A DNA stretch of 64,000 bases from Gammaproteobacteria bacterium (GTDB lineage Bacteria; Pseudomonadota; Gammaproteobacteria; Eutrophobiales; Eutrophobiaceae). The position numbers were made by a program, and so were the translations under genes. This document shows, one piece after another, positions 48,299 to 57,774 of this stretch; position 1 is the first letter of the stretch, and every line of letters starts with the position of its first letter. Below the pieces are notes generated by a model. It did not search any database. It saw only the letters and a list, made by a program, of their open reading frames with translations, and had not been told where the DNA came from. The stretch spans positions 9,007-73,006 of the forward strand of contig JBLHKO010000001.1 in the NCBI GenBank assembly GCA_047620145.1. The letters run 5' to 3'.

Positions 48299-49405
48299 TC
48301 AATGCCTTAATGCCTTAATATAAGACTCATCAGACATCTTGCTCCAGTCTTCGTAACTCTCGCTGAAAGTAGTATAGGCATCATAGATCTTTTTAAATTT
48401 TGGATTATCAGCTGCCTCTTCATCGAGTGTTTCCTTGGTCAATCGCTTTAACTCCGCTAATACTTCTGCTGGAAATTCCAGAACTTCAACATTCTTTTTT
48501 GTTCGTAACTCTTTCAATGCCGCCTGATTTTGAAATTCCATCTGTGCATAGATCCACTCACTCACGGCTGCTGCCGCAGTCTCGACTATCAATTTCAAGT
48601 CTTCAGGTAATTGCGCCCAGGCATTGCTGTTGATCATTAGCTCAAACTCTGTGCCTGGCTCATGCCAGCCCGGAAAATAATAATATTTTGCTGCACGATT
48701 AAGTCCGAGACGCATATCATGAAAAGGCGCCACCCACTCTGTCGCGTCAATCGTGCCACGCTCCAACGCGGTATAAACTTCACTGCCGGGCAACAACACC
48801 GGATTACCGCCAGCACGTTTTAAAACCTTTCCGCCAAGACCTGGAATACGCATACGTAAACCTTTGATGTCCTCTAGCGAATCAATTTTTTTATTAAACC
48901 AGCCACCCATCTGCACACCCGTATTGCCCATCGGCATCGGCACCAGATTAAACGGCGCATAGACTTCTTCCCACAATTCGAGTCCGCCACCATGATAGAG
49001 CCACGCATTCATGCCTTTTGCGGTCATACCGAAGGGAACGGAGGAAAAGAATTGTGCTTCAGGTATCTTCCCTGCCCAGTAGTAGGGTGATCCATGACCC
49101 ATCTCAACGGTTCCCTGTGATACGGCATCAAACACCTGTAGTGGTGGTACCAGTTCACCGCCCGCGTAAACGTGAATATCCAATCGACCCTGAGTCATGA
49201 TCTTCACATCTGCAGCAAATTTCTCGGCGCCTTCCTGGAAGATAGGAAAATTTGCCGGCCAAGTCGTGACCATTTTCCATTTAAAAACCTGATCGCTCGT
49301 CATTTGTGTCTCTGCTGAAACCTTACCGCTATCTGATTCGCCGCAAGCTGCGAGCAAGAAACAAAGACTTATGCACATGCCAACTAATTGAAACTTTCTC
49401 AACAT
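48299..49405 (-). CDS. TRAP-transporter solute-binding protein (DctP-type), probable lipoprotein
   Basis: 368 aa with signal/lipobox LLAAC. The length and sequence pattern fit TRAP periplasmic receptors. There are no adjacent dctQ/dctM genes. Confidence 0.7.
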   Translation of the reverse strand: MLRKFQLVGMCISLCFLLAACGESDSGKVSAETQMTSDQVFKWKMVTTWPANFPIFQEGAEKFAADVKIMTQGRLDIHVYAGGELVPPLQVFDAVSQGTVEMGHGSPYYWAGKIPEAQFFSSVPFGMTAKGMNAWLYHGGGLELWEEVYAPFNLVPMPMGNTGVQMGGWFNKKIDSLEDIKGLRMRIPGLGGKVLKRAGGNPVLLPGSEVYTALERGTIDATEWVAPFHDMRLGLNRAAKYYYFPGWHEPGTEFELMINSNAWAQLPEDLKLIVETAAAAVSEWIYAQMEFQNQAALKELRTKKNVEVLEFPAEVLAELKRLTKETLDEEAADNPKFKKIYDAYTTFSESYEDWSKMSDESYIKALRH

Positions 49406-49471
49406 ATTTTTTTCCTGTTCATTCGTTATTTGTCTTCCTAATTCGTTTTACTGTTTATTAAATTAATGATC

Positions 49472-51649
49472 TTAGGCTGTTTCCAGATTGGCATATTCCG
49501 CGACTAACCATTTACTTCCTGCTTCTTCGAAATTAACCTGCACTCTTGTCGTTCCACCGGAACCTTCCAGATTCAAAATTATACCTTCACCAAACTTAGC
49601 ATGAGTCACTCGTTGCCCCAAGGTGTAAGCGCCTTCCCCTGCACCATTCCCATCGACCATAGCACTGTTTGATCTTGATCTGGCAAACATCGGTTCAACA
49701 ATCGATCCGCCCATACGTACCTCGTTGATTAATTCGTCGGGCAATTCACTGATAAAACGTGAAGGTTGCGGATAGTAATCCTGTCCATGCAAGCGTCGAT
49801 GCTGTGTGTAAATCATTGTCAGTGCCTTTTCTGCGCGTGTAATCCCGACATAACAAAGACGTCTTTCTTCTTCCAGTTGCGTCAAATCTTCCATACTGCG
49901 TTGATGAGGAAACAAACCCTCCTCCATGCCGATCATATAGACATTAGGAAATTCCAGACCTTTGGCAGAATGTAATGTCATTAAATTCACACAATCAGAA
50001 TGCTCGCCCGCCTGAGTTTCGCCAGACTCCAGCGCCGCGTGAGCAAGAAAAGCCTGCAATGGTTCCATGCCTTCCATCTCTTCATCTTCAATCTTAAATT
50101 CACCTGCGGCGTTAACGAGTTCTTCCATATTCTCGATACGCGCTAAACCACGTTCACCTTTTTCTTTACGATAATGTTCGATCAGGCCGCTGGCTTTAAT
50201 CGTATTATCCACCACTTCATCCAAAGGCAAACCTTTGTTGTTGCCCATGTGCATGATCAACTGCATAAATCCTTCAAGCGCATTTAAAGCACGCGCACTT
50301 AACAGTTTATTACCTAGAATATTTTGCGCGGCTTGCCATAGTGAACATTTTTCCTGACGTGAAATACTTCTTAGTTCTTCGACAGTGCGCTGGCCTATGC
50401 CTCTGGTTGGCGTATTAATAATGCGCTCAAACGACACATCATCATCCTGAAATGTCGATAAGCGTACATATGCCAATACATCTTTAATTTCAGCGCGTTC
50501 ATAGAATCGCATACCGCCATAAACACGATAAGGAATACTGGCACGCATCAATCCTTCCTCAATCACACGCGATTGGGCACTGACGCGATACAAAACGGCA
50601 CTGTCTTTGTAACAACCTTTATTACGTTCCCAGTCCGAAATTTGTTCGACAACATAACGGGCTTCGTCATGTTCGTTATAGCCGTTGTATAAGGAAATCT
50701 TTTCGCCTGCATCACCGTCAGTCCATAACTTCTTGCCCAAACGTGAAGTATTATTTGCGATAAGCGCATTGGCAGCGTTTAATATATTCGCGGTAGAACG
50801 ATAATTTTGTTCAAGTTTAATGAGCAAGGGATCTGAAAAATCTTTTTTAAATTGCTGCATGTTCTCAACACGCGCACCACGCCAACTGTAGATCGATTGA
50901 TCGTCATCACCAACCGCAAAAAGAGAGCCTTTATCTCCCGTCAACAATCTTAACCAGGCATATTGCAGAGAATTGGTATCTTGAAATTCATCGACCAACA
51001 CATGTTTAAATCGGCCACGATATTGTTCCAGAATATTTTTCTGGTCACGAAATAACTCATGCGCACGTAGTAACAGTTCTGCAAAATCGACAACACCGGA
51101 TCGATTACAGACATCTTCATACGCCTGATAGATCCGCACCATCTGATACAAATTATGATCACCATGATCATCAATATGTTGTGGTCTCAATCCATCATCT
51201 TTACGTGCATTGATAAACCATTGCACTTCACGAGGGGGAAAGTTAGATTCGTCAATTTCCAGTGCACGCAGTACACGACGAATAGTACGATATTGATCAT
51301 CACTATCCAGGATAGTGAAATTTTGAGGCAAGCCGGCTTCTTGCCAATGCGCGCGTAAGATGCGATGGGTTAAGCCATGAAAAGTCCCCACCCACATCCC
51401 ACCAGCAGGAGCATCTAATAATGTCTCAATGCGTGAACGCATTTCTGCCGCGGCTTTATTGGTAAAAGTCACCGCCAATATGCCAAAAGGACTGGTTTGC
51501 CCGGTTTCTACATACCAGGCGATGCGATGAACCAGCACACGCGTCTTACCACTGCCCGCGCCAGCCAACACCATAATATTTCCGAGAGGCGCAGCAACGG
51601 CTTCGCGTTGTGATTCGTTAAGGGTATCTAAAACCAGAGAAACATCCAT
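49472..51649 (-). CDS. uvrD: DNA helicase II
   Basis: The track starts at TTG 51667. ATG 51649 gives MDVSLVLDTLNESQREAVAAP...VLAGAGSGKTRVLVHRIAW, which is collinear with the E. coli UvrD N-terminus. Confidence 0.93.
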   Translation of the reverse strand: MDVSLVLDTLNESQREAVAAPLGNIMVLAGAGSGKTRVLVHRIAWYVETGQTSPFGILAVTFTNKAAAEMRSRIETLLDAPAGGMWVGTFHGLTHRILRAHWQEAGLPQNFTILDSDDQYRTIRRVLRALEIDESNFPPREVQWFINARKDDGLRPQHIDDHGDHNLYQMVRIYQAYEDVCNRSGVVDFAELLLRAHELFRDQKNILEQYRGRFKHVLVDEFQDTNSLQYAWLRLLTGDKGSLFAVGDDDQSIYSWRGARVENMQQFKKDFSDPLLIKLEQNYRSTANILNAANALIANNTSRLGKKLWTDGDAGEKISLYNGYNEHDEARYVVEQISDWERNKGCYKDSAVLYRVSAQSRVIEEGLMRASIPYRVYGGMRFYERAEIKDVLAYVRLSTFQDDDVSFERIINTPTRGIGQRTVEELRSISRQEKCSLWQAAQNILGNKLLSARALNALEGFMQLIMHMGNNKGLPLDEVVDNTIKASGLIEHYRKEKGERGLARIENMEELVNAAGEFKIEDEEMEGMEPLQAFLAHAALESGETQAGEHSDCVNLMTLHSAKGLEFPNVYMIGMEEGLFPHQRSMEDLTQLEEERRLCYVGITRAEKALTMIYTQHRRLHGQDYYPQPSRFISELPDELINEVRMGGSIVEPMFARSRSNSAMVDGNGAGEGAYTLGQRVTHAKFGEGIILNLEGSGGTTRVQVNFEEAGSKWLVAEYANLETA

Positions 51650-51740
51650 GGCGGAGGATATTAACAAACCTTTAACGTTTATGGATGTTAATATTCGCCT
51701 TTATTTTAAATCACGATAAAACCACAGGATAAAGGCATTA

Positions 51741-53078
51741 ATGAGTAGTCGTATAGAACAAGAAAGAACAGAACTCACAGGGCTAATCCAGCAAATTCTT
51801 GATGAGGCAAAACATCAAGGCGCCACGGCTGCGGAAGCAGATATCGGCACGGGTGCTGGCCTTACTGTGACGACACGTTTAGGAGAAGTCGAAAAAGTAG
51901 AACATGAGCGTGATAAAGGTCTTGGCTTGACAGTATTTTTCGGCAATCAAAAAGGCAGTGCCAGCAGTTCTGATTTTGGTGAAACTGCAATCAAGGAAAC
52001 GGTCACCGCCGCATGTAATATCGCCAAATTTACCAGCGAAGACCCATATGCCGGGCTCCCCGATGCTAAGCTCATGGCATCAGAAGTCCCGGATCTGAAT
52101 CTTAATCATCCCTGGGACATTTCACCGGAAGATGCGATTAAGCTGGCCGTTGAATGTGAAGACATCGCCAGAGCTGAAGATAAACGAATTAATAATTCTG
52201 ACGGCACTTCTGTCAGCACCTATGCCGGCAATCACTTTTATGGCAATACCCATGGCTTTATTGATGGCTGGCATTGGTCAAGTCACACCATTGATTGCAC
52301 GGTGATTGCAGAAACCAAAAATGGCATGCAACGAGATGGCTGGTACAGCAAGGCACGTAATAGAGATGATCTGCAAAGCATTAATGATATCGCCAAAGAA
52401 GCCGCGAAAAGAACCACGCAACGTCTGGATGCAAAAAAATTATCCACCAGAAATTGTCCGGTAATATTTGAAGCACCAATTGCATCTGGGTTGTTTTCAG
52501 CGTTCGTCACTGCAATCTCCGGCGGCAGTCTCTATCGCAAGGCCAGCTTCTTATTGGATAAAATTGATGAGCAGGTATTCGCCGATCATATTCATATTCA
52601 TGAACGACCCCATTTAAAAGGCGCCCTCGGCAGCGCACCATTTGACAATGAAGGCATGGCCACCAAAAACCGTGACTTAATCATTGATGGTGTCTTACAA
52701 GGTTATGTTTTAAGTAGTTATTCAGCAAGAAAGCTTGGACTACCACCCACCGCCAACGCTGGGGGGGTACATAATCTTACTATCGATACCAGTGAACATG
52801 ATCTTGATGAACTCGTTAAACAAATGGATACCGGCCTATTAATCACCGACATGATTGGTTTCGGTGTTAATCAAATTACTGGAGATTACTCAAGAGGCGC
52901 CGCCGGTTTCTGGATTGAAAATGGCGAGATCCAATACCCTGTTGAAGAAATCACCGTCGCTGGCAATCTCATTGAAATGTACAAACAAATTATTCATATA
53001 GGCAATGACATTGACCCGCGTGGCAATGTCCTGACGGGCTCGGTATTAATTGAAAATATGACAATAGCAGGTGAGTAA
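51741..53078 (+). CDS. pmbA: metalloprotease PmbA (TldE)
   Basis: 445 aa. The overall PmbA pattern is present, including the C-terminal GDYSRGAAGFWIENGEI. Confidence 0.9.
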   Translation: MSSRIEQERTELTGLIQQILDEAKHQGATAAEADIGTGAGLTVTTRLGEVEKVEHERDKGLGLTVFFGNQKGSASSSDFGETAIKETVTAACNIAKFTSEDPYAGLPDAKLMASEVPDLNLNHPWDISPEDAIKLAVECEDIARAEDKRINNSDGTSVSTYAGNHFYGNTHGFIDGWHWSSHTIDCTVIAETKNGMQRDGWYSKARNRDDLQSINDIAKEAAKRTTQRLDAKKLSTRNCPVIFEAPIASGLFSAFVTAISGGSLYRKASFLLDKIDEQVFADHIHIHERPHLKGALGSAPFDNEGMATKNRDLIIDGVLQGYVLSSYSARKLGLPPTANAGGVHNLTIDTSEHDLDELVKQMDTGLLITDMIGFGVNQITGDYSRGAAGFWIENGEIQYPVEEITVAGNLIEMYKQIIHIGNDIDPRGNVLTGSVLIENMTIAGE

Positions 53079-53103
53079 TCATTCCATAAATTAGGAGAGA
53101 GTG

Positions 53104-53628
53104 ATGTTAGACAAAATCGAAACTATATTAGAGTCGACAATATTTAAAAGCCGCTGGTTGTTAGCGCCTTTTTTTCTGGGTCTGGTTTTTAGTATTGTTT
53201 TAATATTCATTAAATTTGCTCAGGAATTATGGCACATGTCCACCCATGTCTTCAGCATGGCCGAAAATGATGTGATTGTTGGAATACTGGCTTTGGTTGA
53301 TATGACATTGGTAGGCAGCTTATTGTTAATGATCATCTTTAGTGGTTACGAAATCTTCGTTTCAAAAATCGATGTTGCCGATCACGAAGACCGACCTGAC
53401 TGGATGGGTAAAGTCGATTTCTCCGGATTAAAACTTAAAGTCATCGGCGCGATTGTCGCTATTTCCGCAATTGACCTACTGAAAACTTTTATGAATGTCC
53501 CCGCAGAATTAAGCGCTGAAGGTGAAACCGCGGTCATGTGGAAAGTCATCATACATATGGCATTCGTAGTCTCAGGCGTAATGTTCGCAATCATGGATAA
53601 AATAGCCGGCGATACCACTAAGCATTAA
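53104..53628 (+). CDS. yqhA: YqhA-family (UPF0114) membrane protein
   Basis: Collinear with E. coli YqhA (SRWLLAPFFLGL..., MAENDVIVGILALVDMTLVGSLL..FSGYE). GTG 53101 is an alternative start. Confidence 0.88.
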   Translation: MLDKIETILESTIFKSRWLLAPFFLGLVFSIVLIFIKFAQELWHMSTHVFSMAENDVIVGILALVDMTLVGSLLLMIIFSGYEIFVSKIDVADHEDRPDWMGKVDFSGLKLKVIGAIVAISAIDLLKTFMNVPAELSAEGETAVMWKVIIHMAFVVSGVMFAIMDKIAGDTTKH

Positions 53629-53680
53629 ATTATGAAAATATTATGTGGCTCTCCAGAAACTTGAGAATTGAGGAATAACC

Positions 53681-53986
53681 ATGTGTAATATCGACTGGAT
53701 CATGTTGGGTGATATGCTCTCTGGAATCGGAACGCTGCTAGTGGGTATTGCAGCTATGTTAACCCTGCTGTTTCAATTTGGGTACAGAGCAAAGTCTAGC
53801 AAACTTGAGAAGCACCTGATGCGAATCATGTATTCGAAGTACATGGCGTGCGAAGAAGGGATTGTTTGGAGCGATTACACAAAGGACAGCCAGCAGATAA
53901 TTAGGAGTTTATCAAAAGAAACTGGGCTTGAAGAAAAGTTTGTAAAACAGCTTTTAGACCAGTTAAAGAAAGAGGGTAAAATTTGA
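53681..53986 (+). CDS. small membrane-anchored hypothetical protein
   Basis: 101 aa with GAGGAA as RBS. One TM helix (LSGIGTLLVGIAAMLTLLF) followed by a charged helical tail. No recognisable family. Confidence 0.5.
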   Translation: MCNIDWIMLGDMLSGIGTLLVGIAAMLTLLFQFGYRAKSSKLEKHLMRIMYSKYMACEEGIVWSDYTKDSQQIIRSLSKETGLEEKFVKQLLDQLKKEGKI

Positions 53987-54082
53987 GTACGACACATAAC
54001 AAAACATCAAAAGTACACTCGTACCTCGTGCGCTTTATGTTGGCCTTATGCGCAAAAGAACAATGAGATGTAGGGGAAACAT

Positions 54083-54838
54083 ATGCCAATAAATATTAAT
54101 TCTGCATATCGGATCAGAGAGTTATTAAACTCTGTAAGCAGAGCAAACGATACGGAAAAAGTCGCTGATATTTAGTCTCGCATATTCGAAATAAATGAAA
54201 AGGATCAACATAAGCGAAATGCTCTCATAGCAAGGGTTCTAGCAGATTTACACGATGAGGTTGAAATTGTTCGTTTAGAAATGCAGCGCCTTGATTATTC
54301 ATCGAATCTATATTCCCCATCTCTGAATAAATGCAACAATATATTCGCAGCCCATACAATAATGGGGCAATGGAATCAAATAAAACAATATCTCACTCCT
54401 GAGGTTACTATCGCGCTAGGTTTCTGTTCAGAGATAATGCCAGATGAAGAAAAAAATATCGATCTAACAGACTTACAAGATCTTAAAGAACTTGCTGCAG
54501 CTTTAAGAAGTAGTTTAGAAGAATCAAAATTACCTCCACACATTCGCTCAATAATCGAAAAGCATTTATCAAAGCTTGAGGAGGCATTAGCTTCATATAT
54601 GGTAGTTGGGGTTAAAGCTTTTGAAGAAGCCATGCAATCGGCATATGGGGAAGTTATTTCTAACGAAGCAATCTTTGAAGAGGCAAAAGGTAGTGAAGAA
54701 CTAACAATGCTCTCAAAACTGTGGAAACAAACAAAATCAGTTATAGATGGTGTTACTACCGTAAATAAAGGGGTTGGCTCGGCACAGGGGTTAGCAGAGA
54801 AAGGTCAGCAATTCATTGAATACATACAAAATCTATAA
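54083..54838 (+). pseudogene. hypothetical helical protein interrupted by an in-frame amber codon
   Basis: ATG 54083 follows AGGGGA. The reading is MPININSAYRIRELLNSVSRANDTEKVADI-TAG(54173-54175)-SRIFEINEKDQHKRNALIARVLADLHDEVEIVRLE, which then runs into the track ORF 54281..54838 in the same frame. Confidence 0.6.
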
Positions 54839-54854
54839 TCGCATAACAAGACAA

Positions 54855-55287
54855 GTTCACACAGACGTCAAAAGGTGATCTAACACCACTTTGGTGAACA
54901 CTTTAAGCGTTAAATATTAACGAAGGGATATAACCCCTTCTATCGTGCCGAGCAGGTAAATGATTTTAAGGGTATTTGAACAGGACGTTCAAATAAGCGG
55001 CTTCGTCAGGAAGACATGTAGGCGCGGCCTTAAGAAATCATTTAGCTGTGAGGGTATCCGCAGGACACGATCTTAGGGGCAGTTTTCTTTTGGATACTTT
55101 TCTTTAGTCTGTACAAAGAAAAGTATCACGCCACTAAAGGGCGGAATCAAAACTGTGATAAGAGTAAGATCTTAGGGATTAAAAAGATCGCCTTTCAGGC
55201 GGGGTACTTTAACTGGATACTGGCATGCACCAGTATGACGAAAAGGTGGGGGTAGATTCCCGCCTACGCGGGAATGACGAATATTTA
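54855..55287. other. densely structured non-coding region (at least nine consecutive hairpins), unclassified
   Basis: Stems seen: GTTCAC/GTGAAC (54855/54893); CGTTAA/TTAACG; GAAGGG/CCCTTC; a ~20-bp imperfect inverted repeat CAGGTAAATGATTTTAAGG / CCTTAAGAAATCATTTAGCTG enclosing TATTTGAAC/GTTCAAATA; GATACTTTTCTTT/AAAGAAAAGTATC; GATCTT/AAGATC; and ATACTGG/CCAGTAT with ATTCCCG/CGGGAAT. Confidence 0.5.
55217..55281. repeat. two 26-nt palindromic units with compensatory stem substitutions (REP-like)
   Basis: ATACTGGCATGCACCAGTATGACGAA (55217-55242) and ATTCCCGCCTACGCGGGAATGACGAA (55256-55281) have the same architecture and the same ATGACGAA tail. Three of the seven stem pairs differ, and all three are compensated. 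Confidence 0.6.
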
Positions 55288-56676
55288 CTAATCCTTTGGA
55301 AACCGATTATAAGCATCCAACGCAGCAACCTTATAAGCCTCCGCCAACGTAGGATAATTAAACACCGTCGTCACAAAATAATCCAACGTCCCCCCCAGCG
55401 CTAGCACCGCCTGTCCAATATGAATCAACTCGGTCGCGCCTTCACCAACAATATGTACACCGATTAACTTTCTATCTTCCAGGCTAAATAACATTTTCAA
55501 AATACCTTCGCGCAAACCCAGTATCTGTCCGCGAGCAATCTCACGAAAACGAGCAGTGCCCGTTTCATAAGGAATATCTTTTGCTCTTGCTTCCTGTTCA
55601 GTCATGCCGACCATACTCATTTCAGGAACCGCATAGATACCGATAGGGAAAAATTCAACATTACTCACCGCTTTTGCACCAAAGGCATGACAAGCGGCAT
55701 ATCTGCCTTGTTCCATTGATGTTGATGCCAGACTTGGAAAGCCAATGACATCACCAGCCGCATAAATATGATCGACTTCTGTTTGGTAATGTTCATTAAC
55801 AACCAAACGTCCACGTTCATCTGCAGTCAATCCTGCGTTTTCAACTTTTAGCGCGCCAGTGCTACCCTGCCTACCTGCTGCAAACAGCACCATGTCAGCA
55901 CATATCTGTTTGCCGCTTTTCAGTTTCACTTTTGCCCGATTTCGATCATCGCGCTCAATAGATGTCACGGTTTCTCCCAGACGGATGGTCATATCTCGAT
56001 CACGCATATTGTGAATAAATTCATCCACGATTTCGTCATCAAGAAAATCCATCATCTTGTCGCGACCATCAAGCAAGGTAATCTCGATATCGAGTGCACT
56101 AAATATTGAGGCATACTCTGCGCCAATGACACCTGCACCAACAACCACCATGCTATGAGGTAATTCTTTTAATTCCAGAATCCCATCACTATCCAGCACT
56201 ACTTTTTCATCAAAGGGAATATGCTGCGGACGAGCAGGTGTTGTACCTGTCGCGATAACTATTTTTTCTGCTCTGATCTCTCTCTTCTCATCACCTGTTT
56301 CAATCAGGAGGGTATGGGGATCGATAAAGGAAGCCGTGCCACCGATAACATCAACATAGTTGCGAAATAATTGATGTTGTAGTGTCTCGACTTGACCTCG
56401 TATGGTTTGATCCAGTCTTTGGGTTAAGTCTTCCGCAGTAATATATTGTTTTGTCCTGTAACTACGACCGTAGAATCCTCGTTGTCGCCAGCCACTAAGA
56501 TAAAGCACCGCTTCTCTTAAGGTCTTGCTCGGTATAGTGCCTGTATGCAACGAGACACCGCCAATAAGAAAGCTTTTATCGACAATGGCGACTTTCTTGC
56601 CCAGCTTGGCTGCCTGTATTGATGCGCGCTGACCAGCTGGACCACTGCCTATCGCCAGTAAGTCGTAATTATCCAA
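55288..56676 (-). CDS. sthA: soluble pyridine nucleotide transhydrogenase
   Basis: 462 aa. FAD and NAD GxGxxG motifs. It has GGVSLHTGTIPSK (no redox disulfide) and a C-terminal TVFNYPTLAEAYKVAALD, as in SthA. Confidence 0.9.
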   Translation of the reverse strand: MDNYDLLAIGSGPAGQRASIQAAKLGKKVAIVDKSFLIGGVSLHTGTIPSKTLREAVLYLSGWRQRGFYGRSYRTKQYITAEDLTQRLDQTIRGQVETLQHQLFRNYVDVIGGTASFIDPHTLLIETGDEKREIRAEKIVIATGTTPARPQHIPFDEKVVLDSDGILELKELPHSMVVVGAGVIGAEYASIFSALDIEITLLDGRDKMMDFLDDEIVDEFIHNMRDRDMTIRLGETVTSIERDDRNRAKVKLKSGKQICADMVLFAAGRQGSTGALKVENAGLTADERGRLVVNEHYQTEVDHIYAAGDVIGFPSLASTSMEQGRYAACHAFGAKAVSNVEFFPIGIYAVPEMSMVGMTEQEARAKDIPYETGTARFREIARGQILGLREGILKMLFSLEDRKLIGVHIVGEGATELIHIGQAVLALGGTLDYFVTTVFNYPTLAEAYKVAALDAYNRFPKD

Positions 56677-56820
56677 TAGTATTCTCCCCAGAATGATGTT
56701 CCCTGAACGATATCAGAATCTGATTGGAATTCGAATCATCAGGACAGTATTATGAACCTATTCTTATTATCTGTTCAAAGAACTTTAGGGCAATATTTTT
56801 AGAGGATAAACTGGCGCATC

Positions 56821-57774
56821 ATGAATTCTGCACAAATTGATAGTCAAGTCAGCAATACTAAAGATAATCTGGATATGGTTGTCGAAGAGATAGGTCGCGT
56901 TATTCTTGGCAAGGAAGAAGCCATACGTCTATCACTCACATGTCTGCTGGCTCGCGGTCATTTACTGATTGAAGATTTACCCGGTGTCGGCAAAACCACG
57001 CTTTCTCACACACTTGCTCGTGTCTTGGGACTCGACTACCAACGAATTCAGTTTACCAGTGATCTCTTACCTGCTGACATTCTGGGTATTTCGATCTACG
57101 ACCGTGATTCCAGTACTTTTAGTTTTCATCCTGGTCCTATCTTTAGTCAGTTAATCCTTGCTGATGAAGTTAATCGTGCAACGCCTAGGGCACAAAGCGC
57201 CCTGCTTGAAGCTATGGAAGAAAGCCAGGTTACTGTAGAAGGAAAAACGCGTACCTTAGCCGAGCCGTTTTTTGTCATTGCCACCCAGAACCCTTCGAAT
57301 CAGGTAGGCACGTTTCCATTACCAGAATCTCAACTGGATCGATTTACCATGCGTATTGAATTAGGTTATCCAGACAACACGGCCGAACGAGAATTATTGA
57401 AAGGTAGTGATCGCCGTACGCTACTCAAGAGCATCACCTCTGTGATTAATTCTGAGCAAATATTACAGATGCAACGACAGGCAGAAAACATTCACGTTTC
57501 TGATGCATTGCTAGATTATTTGCAGGACTTGCTAGACTACAGTCGTCGCAGTGCCGATTATACCAACGGGCTTTCTCCTCGAGCAGGTCTCGCGGTACTT
57601 CGATGTGCAAGAGCCTGGGCAATGATGCATGGACACCCGCAAGTATTACCAGAAGACATACAACAAGTATTACCAAGCATCATTGGTCATCGCTTAAATA
57701 GAGTTCAGGATAGTGGTCAAACAAGCCAACAAAACAATGCGACTCACTTAATCAAACAAGTGCCCATCCCCTGA
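56821..57774 (+). CDS. MoxR-family AAA+ ATPase
   Basis: 317 aa. Walker A DLPGVGKT, Walker B LLADEVNR, and the QNPSNQVGTFPLPESQLDRF motif. Confidence 0.9.
   Translation: MNSAQIDSQVSNTKDNLDMVVEEIGRVILGKEEAIRLSLTCLLARGHLLIEDLPGVGKTTLSHTLARVLGLDYQRIQFTSDLLPADILGISIYDRDSSTFSFHPGPIFSQLILADEVNRATPRAQSALLEAMEESQVTVEGKTRTLAEPFFVIATQNPSNQVGTFPLPESQLDRFTMRIELGYPDNTAERELLKGSDRRTLLKSITSVINSEQILQMQRQAENIHVSDALLDYLQDLLDYSRRSADYTNGLSPRAGLAVLRCARAWAMMHGHPQVLPEDIQQVLPSIIGHRLNRVQDSGQTSQQNNATHLIKQVPIP

Noticed and set aside
54173-54175. Programmed amber read-through or pyrrolysine at the in-frame TAG.
   Set aside because: There is no pyl gene context or known recoding signal, and this is a gammaproteobacterium. 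A simple TGG-to-TAG nonsense change or a sequencing error is far more likely.
54083-54838. A HEPN-type Rx4-6H motif (RSIIEKH) in the amber-interrupted protein, as evidence of a ribonuclease toxin.
   Set aside because: The motif is too short and degenerate to mean anything without fold-level support.
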